Shown in pieces: positions 38,301-51,427 of a DNA stretch of 64,000 nucleotides. A program made the position numbers and the translations under genes. Numbering within the stretch: position 1 is the first letter of the stretch; each line of letters begins with the position of its first letter. The stretch is from NCBI GenBank assembly GCA_905178155.1, contig CAJINV010000003.1, positions 9,245,979-9,309,978 on the forward strand, written 5' to 3'. The stretch comes from Amoebophrya sp. A120. Lineage: Eukaryota; Protista; Dinoflagellata. A model generated the notes under the pieces. That model made no database searches. It was not told the origin of the DNA and worked only from the letters and a program-made list of their open reading frames with translations.

Positions 38301-41300
38301 TTGCTGCGCACGCCGTCGCAGGCAACCAGCTGGTCGTGGCTCGCGGTTCGACATAGACCGCGACTGACGCCGCAAAATTCTGATAATTCGCCAGCTTAGC
38401 TTGCAACTTCTGAGCGCGAAGCAGCTTTTGGCGCACTGGCGCCTGCCAGTCGTAGCTATGCCCTTGGCTCTCCTCTCGGAAACAACCCGCCTTTGCTGCT
38501 GGTGGCCCACCAGGTCTGCACCAAGTGTGACTCAACTTTTCAATGCGAACATCACAACGCCCAGCCATCTGGTTTGCTGTTAAGGCTTTCGCAGCGAGCT
38601 CGTTTCCGTGTGACAGCTGCGACTCTGCACCGCAGCCTCTCGGATGGGCATTTAGGTGTCGCACGAGCTGGGCCTCGAAGTCTGCGTCCAGCGGGTACAA
38701 CGGCAATAAATCTTCTGGCTCGCCGCCGTTCGTCTGCTTGAAACGCTTTTTCTTTGCACAATTTTCTGCCATGCACGCCTCCCGGAAGAGCTCCACCACA
38801 AACCCGAAATCGGTGAGTGCAACGAGCCTTCGCACAATACCTTCGAGCTCCTGAATAACAAGATTCGGGCGCTTAGACAAAGAAAGAGTGTGGTCTCCGT
38901 CCGCGCAGCTATTTCCAGCGCCAGCTGTACTCGAAAGCTCCGCGAAGTGCTGCTGAGATTCTTTCGCGGCAGAGTGCAACTGCACGACGTAGAGAGCACG
39001 AATTACTTCGACTGGAATGAGTCCACACTTCCGTCCGCGATCGACATGCCACATACCCTGCGGATCCCTTCCCAAATACCATTGCTCCGACGCCAAACTT
39101 TTCCGAAACTCCACGGGGTCTTCCACTTTATCGTGGAGCAACCGCAACAGGTCTGTAATGCTTTTTCGCAGGCAGCGCAAATTAATTTGGAGCTGGGATC
39201 TGGAAAACGGCAAGGCGCTGCAGCGCGGTGGCGACGCAGATGATGTAAACAGGGCACCGCGAGAGTATCTTTCAGTGTCAGGAGTCAGAGTGCTCCAGTG
39301 CATACTCTCATCGGTGCTTTGGCGCTCGACATCGAAATCCTCTTGTGCGCTGTGCGAAGGGCCACGACGGTCCTTCATTGTTGTGACAGCATCTATCTCA
39401 GCCGAGGTTTCATCATCCTCAGCACGAACTCTCTTTGCGCGATGTTGCATCGCGGTCTCCGCCGCAGAGATTCTCCTTTCCATAGGCGTTTCGCCACCCA
39501 CGACGCGCTGAAACCGTTTGACTTGTGCCACATGTGCCCGGAACCGCGCCCGAGATACGGCAGTGTTCGAAAACGCGCGCGCTTTGTTCCCGTGAGTGAC
39601 ACCCCTGCGGGGTAGGAGGACGCTTCGTTGCTCCACTTCCTGTAGCCCACTGTGGAGCAGCTTCTCAGCCGGGGGCTTCTCGATACTTTTGAACAGCGTT
39701 TGCAGCGTGTCTTCTCTCCGAGAACGCGTCCACTGCCTACGTGTAAAGCTCTTCATCTTCCGTGTGTCCAACCACGCTCGCAGTACAGGTTGCACATCGC
39801 GTTCACTCCGTGGCAAAAGCAGTGCAGTTGGAGTGGCGCGGTACCGATTACTAGCCTGCGCATCATCCTCCCCCTGCTCGGCCGTTTCGCTATTCTCTTC
39901 CTCTCCGCTGCTTGCTTCGTCCTGTGATTCGCTCGCTGTGCAGCTTCCGTCGTTGGAGAAACTCATCGCGCTCCCATCGTCGTGGTCCTCACCGCTGTTT
40001 AATGCGCCCGCACTACCACTGACACTGTCGTCGTCGCTCACGTTTTCGGAGTCGGACGGCCCCAGGTCAACATCCGGGTTGGACACGCCGGCGCAGGCAA
40101 TCTTAACAGGAGCCGAAGACTCGTACTCGGCCGCCACCACGATCTGATTCTGATTTTTCCTGGGGGCGAAATCCTCGGCAGACGCAGACTCTGGTTGTTG
40201 CTCGCAGCCGCGCGTGACATTTTCCATCTTGTCCCCCAAGAGCAAATGCTGCGGTACCTGTTTCGTGGGTAAGTCCTCCAAGTCTGTCACGTGCACCTCG
40301 CTCGCGTGGCAGCTCGTCAGCACGTCCATCTGGCGCACCGCATTCTCCTCCAGAACTTCGTCAGACGCATGAACCCGGATACGGTCCTCTTGCAGAAGAA
40401 CCGCCCCGCAGGCGGCGCGCGCCTGCAGCATAAGAAACCTACTTTCCTTCAGATCCTGCAGCAGTGGCTGCCACGTGGAACACGCCGAGTCTTCTTGCAT
40501 GTTCTTCTCCGCGCGGACTGAGATGAGACCTAGTTGTTCTCGTGATGAGGACGACTTTTCGCTCCACAATGTTTGCCCCTTCAGCGTTGTTTCCGTAGAC
40601 GGACAGGGAACCGCGGCATCGAAACTCGGCGTAATCGGCCGCGCTGCCGCAGCAAAGTAATGGCGAAGGTGCGCCGGTATTACACCGGTCCGCATGCTGA
40701 CTTTTGGCGACGCCGGGGCCCAGCGTCCTCCAATCAAGTGACAATCGCCACTTCTACCCCTACTGCCAACAGCAGCTGCACTCGGTGCCGTATTGTATCG
40801 GAAACAAACGCTTCGAACAGCCGTTTCCTCGTTAATTTTTGGTTCCGCACTATCCATTCCTCGACGGGCAACTTCTTCCGAGGAAGCGAGACGAACAACC
40901 CGCAGCGCCGGTAGCGACGTTACTACTTCTCCACATCCGGACCCTCCTCCCAGGTTCTCGCATCTGACTGGTCCTCCTTCTGGAATTTCGCCAGAATCAG
41001 CACCGGCAAGTAGACAAGGTGTAGTTCCCGGTTCATCCAGCACGGGAATTGACGGCGCCGGATCTGCGTGCAGCTCGTGGCCACCGTCAAACGAAATGTG
41101 GTCCATATTGGGATAAAACGGCAGAAAAGCGGAGCTGCCGCTGTGCCAGAATTCCCGGTCGCGAAATATCTCTTCCCAACTGGAGGCGAAGTACAGAGTT
41201 TCCTCAAGGTGGTTCTCTACGGCTGCGTCGTGGTCCGTGACTTCATCTGTAGAAGCGGGCGATGAGGACGAATTGTCGTCGCAGGACGAATTGTCGTCGC

Positions 41301-44300
41301 CGGCTGCGGCCTGCCAGATCTCGTCGCCGCGTTCGGAGTCCAAGGACTCGGGCTCACTCTGTGCGCCCACTCGGTGGGCCGTGCGCTGTTCACGGATTGC
41401 GCGGCGTTGCGACGCTACATTAACCGAGGAGACACACTTCTGGCTCCTCCCGTTTCTTGAACATGCGCTAGAAGTAGCGGCGCGGCGCCCCATTGCTCGC
41501 CCGCCGGTCGTCGCGATCGGATCCCCCCGAAGTGGCACCCGCACCTCCGAACGCTCGGCTGTCCGACTAGTTTCGCGGTCAAGCCGAGAAGTGTTGGAGG
41601 ATGCGCAACTGGGGCCTTTTCGCGGAAGCGCGACACTGTCCTCCATCCACCTCCTGGAAGCCGATGAGATGCCGCGTCTTGCCGTTCCGCGCTGACCTGC
41701 TACAGAACTGGCAGAAGTCGCAGATGTACAACTATCGCAGTCACTGTCGCTGGCATCTGTGTTCTCGGTCTCTCCGTCTGCGGAATCCCCAGAGGCATCG
41801 CGCTCGTCCGCGTGCTCCACAATCTCGGCGCATCCAAGAGAAACTCCTCACCACATATATAAACAAACTCGCACCCACTTGTTGAGCACGTCCACAGATG
41901 AATCCTACTAAGAACTGATAACCTGAAGCTCCAAACCGATCAAAGTCAAAGCTCCAAATTTTACACAAAAAAAAAGGCTGGAAGAAATGCGCGATAGCAA
42001 TGTACCGAACGGCTTTCTGAAACTGCAAGGCTTTCGTAAAAACCAACCAACGAATTTCATGAATCAATGTGGTGAGGGTGTGAATTTCTCTGGAATACAG
42101 TGTGATTCGTCTCCGGTACGACACCGATAATCGTATCCCATGTAAAATCACCATCGCCACCGTGAGCAAGAACTGTTCGTTATCTAATGAAGAAAACTCA
42201 AGGGTACTAGATGAGACGTGTTGCGTTCTCCTTCTCTACTTATTTGTATACAGGATTATTATCATTTATCACTAAAGTGGGACAGTCATTTTCAGCTGGG
42301 ATAGGCCTCCACCGAATCGTAAAGCACGCGCTTCTGTTCGTCCAAGATCCGCCAGGTTTTCTTCGCCTTGCCGCGCTTTTTGACCACCCGCACGGGACCC
42401 AGCGCATCCTCCGGCTGCAGCGCCGGAGGAAGGGATCCCATGACGCAGTACAAGTGACGCAAAAAGGCGATGCCGCCGGGGTCGCCGTCGCCCGCTGTCC
42501 CCCCGTTCACAAAGTGTTCGTCCTCCAGGTCGTCTTGCAGAAAGGGCTGACAGGCCCCGAAAAAAGCAAGTTCGCCAATCGACCGGACACCTGGGTAGAA
42601 GTAGTCGTCCACCCCCTTCTGCCAGGGTAGCGCCTCGTCGAGCGCGCTGCGCGGCCCCGCACAATCCACACTGTCCCACCAGCCGCGCGCCAAAAGCGGG
42701 CAAGACTGTGCGCGAGAGACCTCCTCCGCAAATTGCTGGAACCGAAGGTCGATCGTGCGGCACTCTGCACCTCTCTTCCGCGCTGCTTCGGCGGAATATG
42801 GCGGTGGGTAAATAAATTTCGTCATAAACCGAAGCAGCTTCCCGAGAGACAGTGCCTCTAAATCGTAGTCATCGCGTACGAAATTCGCAAACAGTGTCTG
42901 TACTGCCCCTCGAGCAGCGCCTCGGCGCGCCATCTCGTGTACTATTGCAATGTCATTCAGGAGCTGCCTGAGTGTTTGATCTTGATGTTGCTCTTCGACG
43001 TAGCGGTCTGATTCTGCATCGTCAGCCTTCCCTCCAACCAAAGCGCCACCAGATGACGTCAGCACTTCGTGCGCTTCGTCATGATGGGCGCCCCAGTCTG
43101 CGGGCGTCCAGAACGCCTTCTCTTCTAGAGCGTGGCACCAAAGCTCGGGCTCGACAGCCGCTCGGATCGGAAAGAAGACATCCTGCAGAAATTCTGTGTC
43201 GGGCTTGGCCTTTGGCATCTCCGAATAGATGCCTCTTCGCTCTCGTCCCCCTTCTTGCAGGGCATAATTCTTCCACGAGCCGTCCTGCTTCCGGGAAGAT
43301 TCGCGGGCATGAAGTACTTCGTACAAGCTTTCCTTCTCACACACATGAGTACGACCAGAATTATCGAGACCAAAAGTGGAGTTGCGCTCGAGGAGAGATG
43401 CATCGTTATTTCCCGCCTTCTGCTCGAACAAAAAAACGGAAGGCTGCTGCAGCCCCTCCTCGATCACGGCGCTGTCGCTTGCGCGATAGAAGTTTTCGCT
43501 ATTCTTACTCTCTCCGCAGACCGCGGTATTTGACACCGGCGTGCTGCTCCCGGAAGCGTTGCAGATCCCGTCGTCAGTAAAAGAGAAATCGCCAGCGGAG
43601 GCTGAAGATGGCGACCCGTGATGCGACGGAGGCTTGACGGTCTGCACCTGCAATTCCGGCGAACCGCACGAAGCAACCCGCTGCCCCTCTCGTCCATTTT
43701 TTTCGCCGAAAGAACCGCTTCGCGCTCGTCCACGTTGGTCATCTTCAGACAGCGCTAGCTGTTCTGATTCCTGCGGCTCGAGTGCAAAGAAGGAAGGACT
43801 ATCTGCGTCAGCCGGCATGGTTTTGATAGACCTGGAATTAGCGCGGTCCCGAGCCTTCTGCTCGCCGTTTTCCGACCCGGCCGGTGGAGCATCTTCGCTG
43901 GAGAGACACCGGTCTCGACGTCGCCCTGGGCACTGGCGCTCACTCTGAGGCCTGAGGGCTTTCTTGTCTTCTGACTCATCATGACACGACTCCTCCACGG
44001 AGACCTCGGCCTCGTTGTCGCCGAAGTCGGCCGCAGCGTGGTGCCTGCCTTCCGCAAAGCACATGTTGCCTTCTTTCGTTGGTCTCCCATCACCGCAGTG
44101 CGGAGAATTATACGCGACTTCCGCCCGACCAGATCCAGCAGAGCGCTCGCGTTGACTACTGCTCAGTCCAGTTTCGTCAAGGGACGGAGATATTTGCATC
44201 TCACGGCGCGCTCCAGTTCTATTCGCTTGTTCCAGTTCCACTCGTATACCATGCAAGAATGGGTTCTACTCTGGGCGTCTACTCTGGGCGACGTTTTAGT

Positions 44301-47014
44301 GTGTATCTTTGCAGCATCGGCATTGCGTCTACTTATAGGAAAGCAATACCGGCAGATACGCAAGGTTTTTCTGTATACACATAAACTACGAATAGAGCGC
44401 AAAATAATTGCAGAGCGATTTACCTTATGCATATGCTCGACTGGATAGCCGTAAAACAGTTTGTAAACACTGAATTTTTAGTGATCAGCTTTTCCTTTGC
44501 CGGAGGACTAGAACCCATTTGAACGGCATAATATTTTCAATGGGACGTCGTCGTGGCATCCTATGTGATTGCGACAGGAGCACCGGGGACGAGTGAGTAA
44601 TATTGGCACTGCTTCTCCTTTCGCCGCAATCAGCACGGTCGTGCTGTCGCTGTTTCCCTTGCTGGTGACGCTGGCGCCTCTGCAGCTGCAGTTCTTGCAT
44701 AAGAAGGCTCGCTTGCGCGTACAGGAAGGGAGCCTTCGGCAGCTTACATCCCTCGACCCGATAGGTTTCCATCAATCGGGTTAGCGGTCCTTCACGGATC
44801 TGTCGCACGATGGTGAGATTCTCTGTCACTCCCTTATGGCCTTCTCAGCTGGGACACTCCCCGCCCTGACCAAGTTTTGGGCGGTTCTAGTACCGCGCAC
44901 TCCCTGAAAGCCTGCGCACAAGTTTTTTTATTTCGATCGTTGCTAGGTGTAGTTTTTTCTGTTTCCTCCCCGATATTAGGATGAACATACACCCCCAGAG
45001 GCGTTTTTCCTCCAGCAAAATGCATCAAGACGTACTCCACTTTGAGTTCGCCATGCAAGAAAAACTTCACTGTTCTCTTCAGTTTTCTTGCACCCTTGCG
45101 GTAGGAGCGACAAAAAAATGCGGCTTGCCTGATACAGTCGAGCGTCGTGTCCTCACAGCTGAGCGCGCCATACTCTTCACAGCTGACGCCACCGTCAAGG
45201 TGCTTTATGCAAATGGTAGCTGGGACATTGCCACCAAAGCGAAAACCAAAAAGAAAGACGCGAGTATTACATACATAAGCTTCACTTCCACAACCAAAGG
45301 CGAGCTAGGCTGCGTCACCAGCGTTGGGAACTGCAACTGAGTGCATATGTATCAGCAACAGCAACACCATGAGCTCCATGTGATGAAATAAAAACTTTTT
45401 GTCATAAGTGTGCAATATGTATACAGAAATCGTGGCGATTTTGCGCCTGATCAATCTTCTCGGTCCTGAACGCAAGTATCATCCCAGATCGTGCTCGTGT
45501 GTGATAAGTTTGCATTTGAATTGTGGAAAATGCCGTACCACCGTTTCCAGTGTTGCACAAACCAAATGGCGTTTTGGGCACGTGTTGCAGCGCACCAGGA
45601 CTTATCAAATCCAAGAGAAAAAGAGTCGCTGTTGCATTTGCACGAAGCCGTAAACAGAGTTTTAGATTCCACGTGAGTGTGGTTCTCTGTCTCCTGTACC
45701 TGTTGAAGAGCGGTCAGCAAACTAATAAATATTCGTTACATCGACGTCCTGGTTAACGCATCTGATGCGAAAAACCACCACTTTGCTCTAGGAATTCGTC
45801 ATGCACAATTGACAAACTCGAAGCAAGCGAGTTCGCGCAAGCCGACCGTAGATGTGCTATTGTCATTATCTACAAGTTATACATGAAAATGCTTCATCTG
45901 ACGACCACACTTTTGCAATGGATAGAACTAGATTCCGAAGCAAGGTATCTCCGTCCTCGGTCGTATAACGCGACCGCGGATGTGGCGCCGTCGGTAATTT
46001 CGGTTTGTGCATATCGTGTGCCGGGCCTCGTTGTCGAGGCCCCGGAGCAGGGAGTGCCAGGGAGGCCTCGTCACCAGGCTCGCTACACGTGCACCCCTCG
46101 AGCGCATTGCAAGAGAGAACACTCCGCGTCTTTTTCGACGACTTCGATCGGAAGAACCGCGAAGCTTCTCTGTCGACAAGCCGCCACTTAGAGCACAATG
46201 CACACTGTAGCCAGCTAGCTTCCCCACTCTCGAGCATCGCTTTCAAATGCGCATGGGCTCGCGACAGTGCTGCCTGGTGAAGCCCGTTGCTGGAAGCACA
46301 CGACTTCGCCTGCGGATTAGTATGATACTGCAGCTGATTGCGCACTGGTCCCCTCATCTTGTTTTCATCTGTTGTACTCGCACTCACCGATACTTCTGCA
46401 GGCGCGGACTTACACGTATCAGACGTGGTGGACGAAGTTGCAGATCTCTCAACTACAATATCATCCCGCCTTTCTTCGAACGTGGCATGCACTCTGTTCA
46501 TCTCCCGTTTCCGCGACCGAGACCGTGACGAATTTGCATTTATTCCGTGTTCGTATTCGAGAAATTCTCGCTCCATCTGCAGCCCCTTACGAATTCGCGC
46601 GTTTGCGTCGGCCACTGCTTGGCGCTGAGACGGCTCGCGCATCTGCACAGCGGGATTCGGCTTCGTCGCTTGTGCCGCTGTAGCTGATGAGGCTCTTACT
46701 ACTCGTGCCTTGTAACCTCTGCTGCCAGGAGCTGCCGCAGCACCTCTCCTGCTGCCGTGACGACCCCCGTCCCGTCCAAGAACACGCCATCCCGTCTCAG
46801 TCGTATCTACTTCCTCCGATCGCGCCCACTTGCGCCGCAACTCTGTTACTGGCGATAAGTGCGTAGAAGTACCTGCAGCCAGGAGGCTGCCAAGCCGCTC
46901 CCGCTCGCGAACCTCGAGCCGGTGCCGCACCGCAACCATCTCGGGAAGCCATAGTGGCGCATGATCCGTATTCTCCTGCCTGTGACTTGTATGCCCCAGC
47001 CCAAGCAGGTCCAT
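35338..47014 (-). CDS. Very large, mostly disordered protein with several CW-type zinc-finger-like motifs, multi-exon
   Basis: WLQCALCSKWRLV..LSCNALEGCTC (~46070-46220), spliced LVRCNTCPKRHLV..FKC (~45510-45600), LQCSACGKWRKI..FRC..CDC (~36290-36420), WVRVSCCGTWKRL (~36110-36240). ORFs 45866-47014, 44485-44829, 42292-44256, 35923-41820 and 35338-35577 can be joined in frame. May start further upstream. Confidence 0.65.
35571..36006. mobile_element. Decayed family A TIR introner
   Basis: TATTCATTGCAAAGATGTC vs TATCAAATGCAAATGTGTC; flanks ATCCG/ATCCT match 4/5; removal of 441 nt reads FFSQD-DDDVSEGEF. Confidence 0.8.
41831..42097. mobile_element. Decayed TIR introner
   Basis: CATCCAAGAGAAACTCCTCACCACAT vs TATTCCAGAGAAATTCACACCCTCACCACAT; flanks CGGCG/CAGTG match 3/5. 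Confidence 0.65.
42134..42303. mobile_element. Decayed TIR introner (TATCCCA ends, TSD lost)
   Basis: TATCCCATGTAAAATCACC vs TATCCCAGCTGAAAATGACT; together with 41831-42097, +5-nt removals join the 654-aa and 1965-aa ORFs through a ~31-nt exon. Confidence 0.6.
44245..44530. mobile_element. Decayed TIR introner (TSD lost)
   Basis: TATACCATGCAAGAATGGGTTCTA vs TATGCCGTTCAAATGGGTTCTA; 286+5=291 nt keeps the frame between ORFs 44485-44829 and 42292-44256. Confidence 0.55.
45603..45924. mobile_element. Decayed TIR introner
   Basis: TATCAAATCCAAGAG vs TATCCATTGCAAAAG; flanks GGACT/GAACT match 4/5; removal creates RNLVLVRCNTCPKRH. Confidence 0.7.
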
Positions 47015-48448
47015 TTTTCAAAATATGCACACGCCTGCACAGCAGGCAAGGCAAAACCTACAACTCTGCCACCTATGCTGGATCACACACACGCTCCTCT
47101 AATATTGCGCTATTTGCTACTCGCTGTCGTTGTCGATAAGGATAATCAAAATTAGTACGTCGTCTTTTGCTTCAATTAAAACGAAGTCACAAATCATGCT
47201 CAGTTTTAAACTGGAGACAAGGTAAACAGGCAGCAAAAGAACTGTCAAGCTTGCTGTCCAAGGAGAGCGTCCGAATACCGATGGAAGCGTCCGAAGCCCT
47301 TCGCAATAAAGTCGTGCATACAATGATGCCGAATGCTGTGGCGGCCAATGCAAACCGCGCAGGGTTTAGCAAATGTTGCAGATAAAGCTTGGAAGGAGGG
47401 CTACGGCACAGGACAGGGCCTGACTTTGGGCGCCCCGAGGTACACTCCGAAGAATGGATTTTTGGTACACGACGATATCGCTGGCATTTTGCAGTGCCAG
47501 AAAGTCACTTAGCCGTGCAACTCGTACTCGTAGCCTTCTCTTTACAAATACCAGCATTCTTGTAGCGTTGTAGTTGTTGTGCGGATACACGAACAGTCTT
47601 GCATAGGTAAAAAACATGAAGTTCAAGCCTTCCGCACTGAGAATCCTAGATCGAGTATTGACTTGGAGTCTCGGTAACAGTCCGAAGGCGAGCGCTCAGT
47701 CAGGTAGATAATTTTGGCTTCGTGCCTTGAATTTCCATTTCGGTCTCAGTAGTTTGAGTCCGAGCATCAGTATTCAGATAGGGTGTGACTTCGTGACTTG
47801 GCTTGCAAGTTCAGATTGAGTTCGCGGATATCTAGCAGCTTCAGTTCGGGTTTGCGCGTTGCTTTGCCTTTTGTATTTTCTAATTTGATCATTCCGATCG
47901 TTCGCTTCATGTTTCGGCTTGCGTTCGAGTAGCAGAGAACTCGAGCTCCGTCCTGTTTGAGCCTCCTTCTGAGTCTCGGTCTGGGCCCTGTGCGCAGATG
48001 CACGTACCCAACGAACAGAACACGCGGGGGAAGCTCCTTGTTGGCGCTCACCTCAGGAGCACGCAGGACACTTTGGTCAGGCCGGGGCGACTTGCACAAT
48101 GGGAGGCAAGGCGTCCTGTTCTTGTCTGCTTTATTAGTGCGTGATTACGTCGCTCCGCACGTACGTTAGCCGGAATCGGAAAACTCCAGCAACATAAAGT
48201 GGCTCCATACTTATCCGTACCACTGAAGTTGAGCAAAGGGAAGCACATGCGAAGTCACAGTAAAACGGCGCTGCGCTTGTGCGCCGGTCCAAGGCGGGTG
48301 CACCAAGCCATTTATAGTCTTGACCACTGGCAAGAGGCTGCTCGCACTGAGAGCACTGGAATTGATTTTGAATATCCGCGCGGCTGCTGCTACTTACAGT
48401 TCGCATTGATGGCTTCGCAGAGTCTTCTTGTGGTAGATATTTACTTGG

Positions 48449-51163
48449 TCAGTGCATATGAGCTGCCGGACGGCCTAGCACGTTGGCCGTGTCTGCTAGC
48501 GAGCGCGCACTAGAAGCATCGCCATCTCCTCGGGAATAAGCGCTCACCTCTTGAGTATTGCTCGACGAACCAAAGGGGTACGGTTCTGCTGGGGAAGTTA
48601 CTTCTGGCTCGAGTTCGTTCTTTTTTGAGCTCAAATCTGTGCGCTCAGCATGGTCCTGCTCCGTCGTAAACTTGCAATGCGGACGCTGCGCTGGGGCTGA
48701 CGTAGAAGGAATATCTGCACTCCTGTGGCCGCCGTGCGTACCACGTACCATGCTGCCGAGCCTATCTGTAGTGCCGAGAGAGATGAAGTCACCCGCGACT
48801 CCCTCCTCCTCGTTCGCCGGAATCGGCTCCGCGTCGTGTTCTTCTTCATAGCGTAGACGGTCCATGAGCTGGCGGTAGCGCCCCACTTCGCGCGAGACGC
48901 AGCGGAGAATTCGCAAGCCGTAGTAAGAGAACGCCAGAAGCACACACGCGAGCATGACACTGAAGAACTGTGGGAAGAGAAGGTACAGCAAGAGCTGAGA
49001 GTCGGCGTATCCCACGATGTCCCGTTGCAGCTCCGAAAACACAATGGCGCGCTCGCCCGAACCCACGAGCGCCAACTCGCCGGTAAGCGGGTCGAAACCG
49101 AGATAAAGAAAAGCTCCGCTGGTGCCGCGATACGCGGCCCCGCCTGTATTTGTGCCGGCCCCGATCCCCCGCAGGCCCTCTTGATCGCCGGATACTCCAC
49201 CGCTGGGCAGCGGTAATGAGGTGAAACCATTAATCGTGCGCAAGCGGCCCGTGCTCACAAATTGCCGCCGCGTAGAGTAGCCGACCCGCTCTAAAATGAA
49301 AGAATTCCGGGCGGTTTCTTTCGACTGCTCAGACAACGACTCGCGGGCCGCATCGACGGGCGCCCACGCCTTCACGACGCTGCGGTACACCCAATCGACG
49401 AAGCCACCAGTCGGCCGCGATCCCCTTGCAGGCTGTGCATCCCGTGCGAGACCACTTGACGCTCGCTCTGCGTCCGATGGTTCTTCCGCGGGAGTTACCT
49501 CGCTGCTCAACAGAGTCCCGAACACGTTCCCGGGCCAAAAGATCGCTGCGAGCAGGTGCCACTGCGCGGCAAACTCGGCACCTGTCCTGGGGCAAGGACG
49601 CGCAAACACACGCTGTCCTGCGCGCGCGCTGCCCGGACCCCAATGCAGACATCGCTTCGCATTCTCCACGAAGGCGGCCCTGCTATCGTCCACCTCCTCG
49701 CCTGCCGCAAGAGTGGGCCCTTCGGTTGGTGAAGACGCTCCCACGGAGGGCAGTGCGGAGCGAGTTATGGTCAGGAGCGCTTGCCGGCGAAGAAATGGGC
49801 CGACTTCGTAAGTTGCTACAAGGCACGGACTACCGTTCCCGACCTTGGCGGTGGCACGCTCGACGTACACGGGGTCAATGCGCTCCCGGGTGTCCGGGTC
49901 TGCAAACTGGTGGCCCTCGCGAAGCTTCAAACACTGCAGATTTTCTTCGCTGCGCAAGTGCCGTGGGGATACGTCTGCCTTGCCCGGAGCGGAAAAAAGA
50001 ATCGCACTGGCTGCATGCACCATTGTTCCAAGAGTACGCTTTTCGCCATCACCGTTTGAAGATGTCCCGTCGTGTGCGTCTGGGCCTGTCTGTGATGAAG
50101 GTTCTGCATTCCTGTCCCACGCATGCTTGTGCCCCTGTGTTTGGCTCGTGTCCTCTTTTGTCAGATGATCTTGCGTCGTCATAGGCTTGTATTGTGGCAC
50201 AGCAGCTTCGAGGTCCGGTAACTGCAGTACTGAGCGCGGAGCGCTTGACGACTTAACCCCCGATGCGGACGACGCACCCCTGATGGGGCGCTGGCAGACA
50301 AAAGAAGTTTTGTGCGAACACGCTGCATCGTTCCATCGAAATCCGCAAGCACCCCAAGCCAGCAGACAACTCTCCGTCCCGCCACTGGGCTCCCCGGGGC
50401 ACCAGTTGTCGTACCCCGCCAGACCGGACCCGTCAAGCCACTGCCACCGCTCGCCGTACACTAGGCCGCCCATCCAAATGCCCGCCAACGTCCAATCGAG
50501 GACGTGGTTCATGAGGAAATCGTAATCGCGTGCGGACTTGACCTGTGCCAGCTCCGCACTGGGAGCGACCGAGTGCCGGCGGCAGTAGCCGAGGGCGTCC
50601 CCCCAGGACCGGAGGGGGTAGCGAACCAGCAAGTACTCGCTTCCACCGACCAGGTCGCGCACCCATTCGGCGCGACGGCATCGCCCCGTAGGAATTGCTC
50701 GCCAGAGGCAGTAAAGCAGCGCCTCGCGCTGCTCCGCGGAACCGGCCGGCGTGTACGCAAAGGGCGCTGTTTCCGGACAGGCCTCCTGCGTCGTATACTT
50801 GGAGCAAGGATCGCTCTCGTCCGTCACAAGGTCCATCCAGCTCGCGTCTTCTTTGTCTTGGTGGTGGGCATCATGATCCGGTACATGATCCAAAGTCGTG
50901 TGATCCTGGCCCCCTGACGTAGTTGATGGCGCACCTGCAACGAGCGACGAAGCAGTCCCGCCCTGGTCTGCACCTGCAGAACTGGTCGAGGGGGCGGAGG
51001 TCGAAAGGCTTTTCGTGGAGGACCCGCCGAGCTGACCCTCCGCATCGCGCCCGGCGAGCACCGCCGAGGCGACATCCTGTTCGAAGCGCGGATGCACAAA
51101 CGTCAGTACGAAGTCCGGCTTCCCTAGATAAAGCCAAGGCACCCGCAGAAGCACGAGGAGCAC
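48449..51163 (-). CDS. Membrane protein with a C-type lectin domain (main exon)
   Basis: SWGDALGYC..AELAQVKS..IWMGGL..WQWLDGS..YDNWCPGEPSGGTESCL..WNDAACSHKTSFVCQ; hydrophobic segment LLLYLLFPQFFSVMLACVLLAFSYYGL; the frame stays open up to ~51232. Confidence 0.85.
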   Translation of the reverse strand: MLLVLLRVPWLYLGKPDFVLTFVHPRFEQDVASAVLAGRDAEGQLGGSSTKSLSTSAPSTSSAGADQGGTASSLVAGAPSTTSGGQDHTTLDHVPDHDAHHQDKEDASWMDLVTDESDPCSKYTTQEACPETAPFAYTPAGSAEQREALLYCLWRAIPTGRCRRAEWVRDLVGGSEYLLVRYPLRSWGDALGYCRRHSVAPSAELAQVKSARDYDFLMNHVLDWTLAGIWMGGLVYGERWQWLDGSGLAGYDNWCPGEPSGGTESCLLAWGACGFRWNDAACSHKTSFVCQRPIRGASSASGVKSSSAPRSVLQLPDLEAAVPQYKPMTTQDHLTKEDTSQTQGHKHAWDRNAEPSSQTGPDAHDGTSSNGDGEKRTLGTMVHAASAILFSAPGKADVSPRHLRSEENLQCLKLREGHQFADPDTRERIDPVYVERATAKVGNGSPCLVATYEVGPFLRRQALLTITRSALPSVGASSPTEGPTLAAGEEVDDSRAAFVENAKRCLHWGPGSARAGQRVFARPCPRTGAEFAAQWHLLAAIFWPGNVFGTLLSSEVTPAEEPSDAERASSGLARDAQPARGSRPTGGFVDWVYRSVVKAWAPVDAARESLSEQSKETARNSFILERVGYSTRRQFVSTGRLRTINGFTSLPLPSGGVSGDQEGLRGIGAGTNTGGAAYRGTSGAFLYLGFDPLTGELALVGSGERAIVFSELQRDIVGYADSQLLLYLLFPQFFSVMLACVLLAFSYYGLRILRCVSREVGRYRQLMDRLRYEEEHDAEPIPANEEEGVAGDFISLGTTDRLGSMVRGTHGGHRSADIPSTSAPAQRPHCKFTTEQDHAERTDLSSKKNELEPEVTSPAEPYPFGSSSNTQEVSAYSRGDGDASSARSLADTANVLGRPAAHMH

Positions 51164-51427
51164 CAGCGGCAGGTGACAGCACAGGGTCTGCGCGCTGATA
51201 TCGATGGAAGTGAATCTTGGTCTGATTACTGGTCATGCTGTTGCTGGCTTATCCTTCTGAATCTTAATCTTCGACGTTCAATGCAAAGCGAGGTATAAAC
51301 AGCTTTGTTTTCGGCGGCTTGTTGCTCCTGCATAAAGTGCGTCACAGGCCGGAGCTGCGGTCTGACATAACAAATAGGCGGTCGGAACTTTTGGCGACAT
51401 ACATGACAGAAGCTGCCGCAATGCCAG

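Noticed and set aside
47704-47722. Dinoflagellate spliced-leader relic (GTAGATAATTTTGGCT)
   Set aside because: Partial match on the strand opposite to the genes; compatible with chance.
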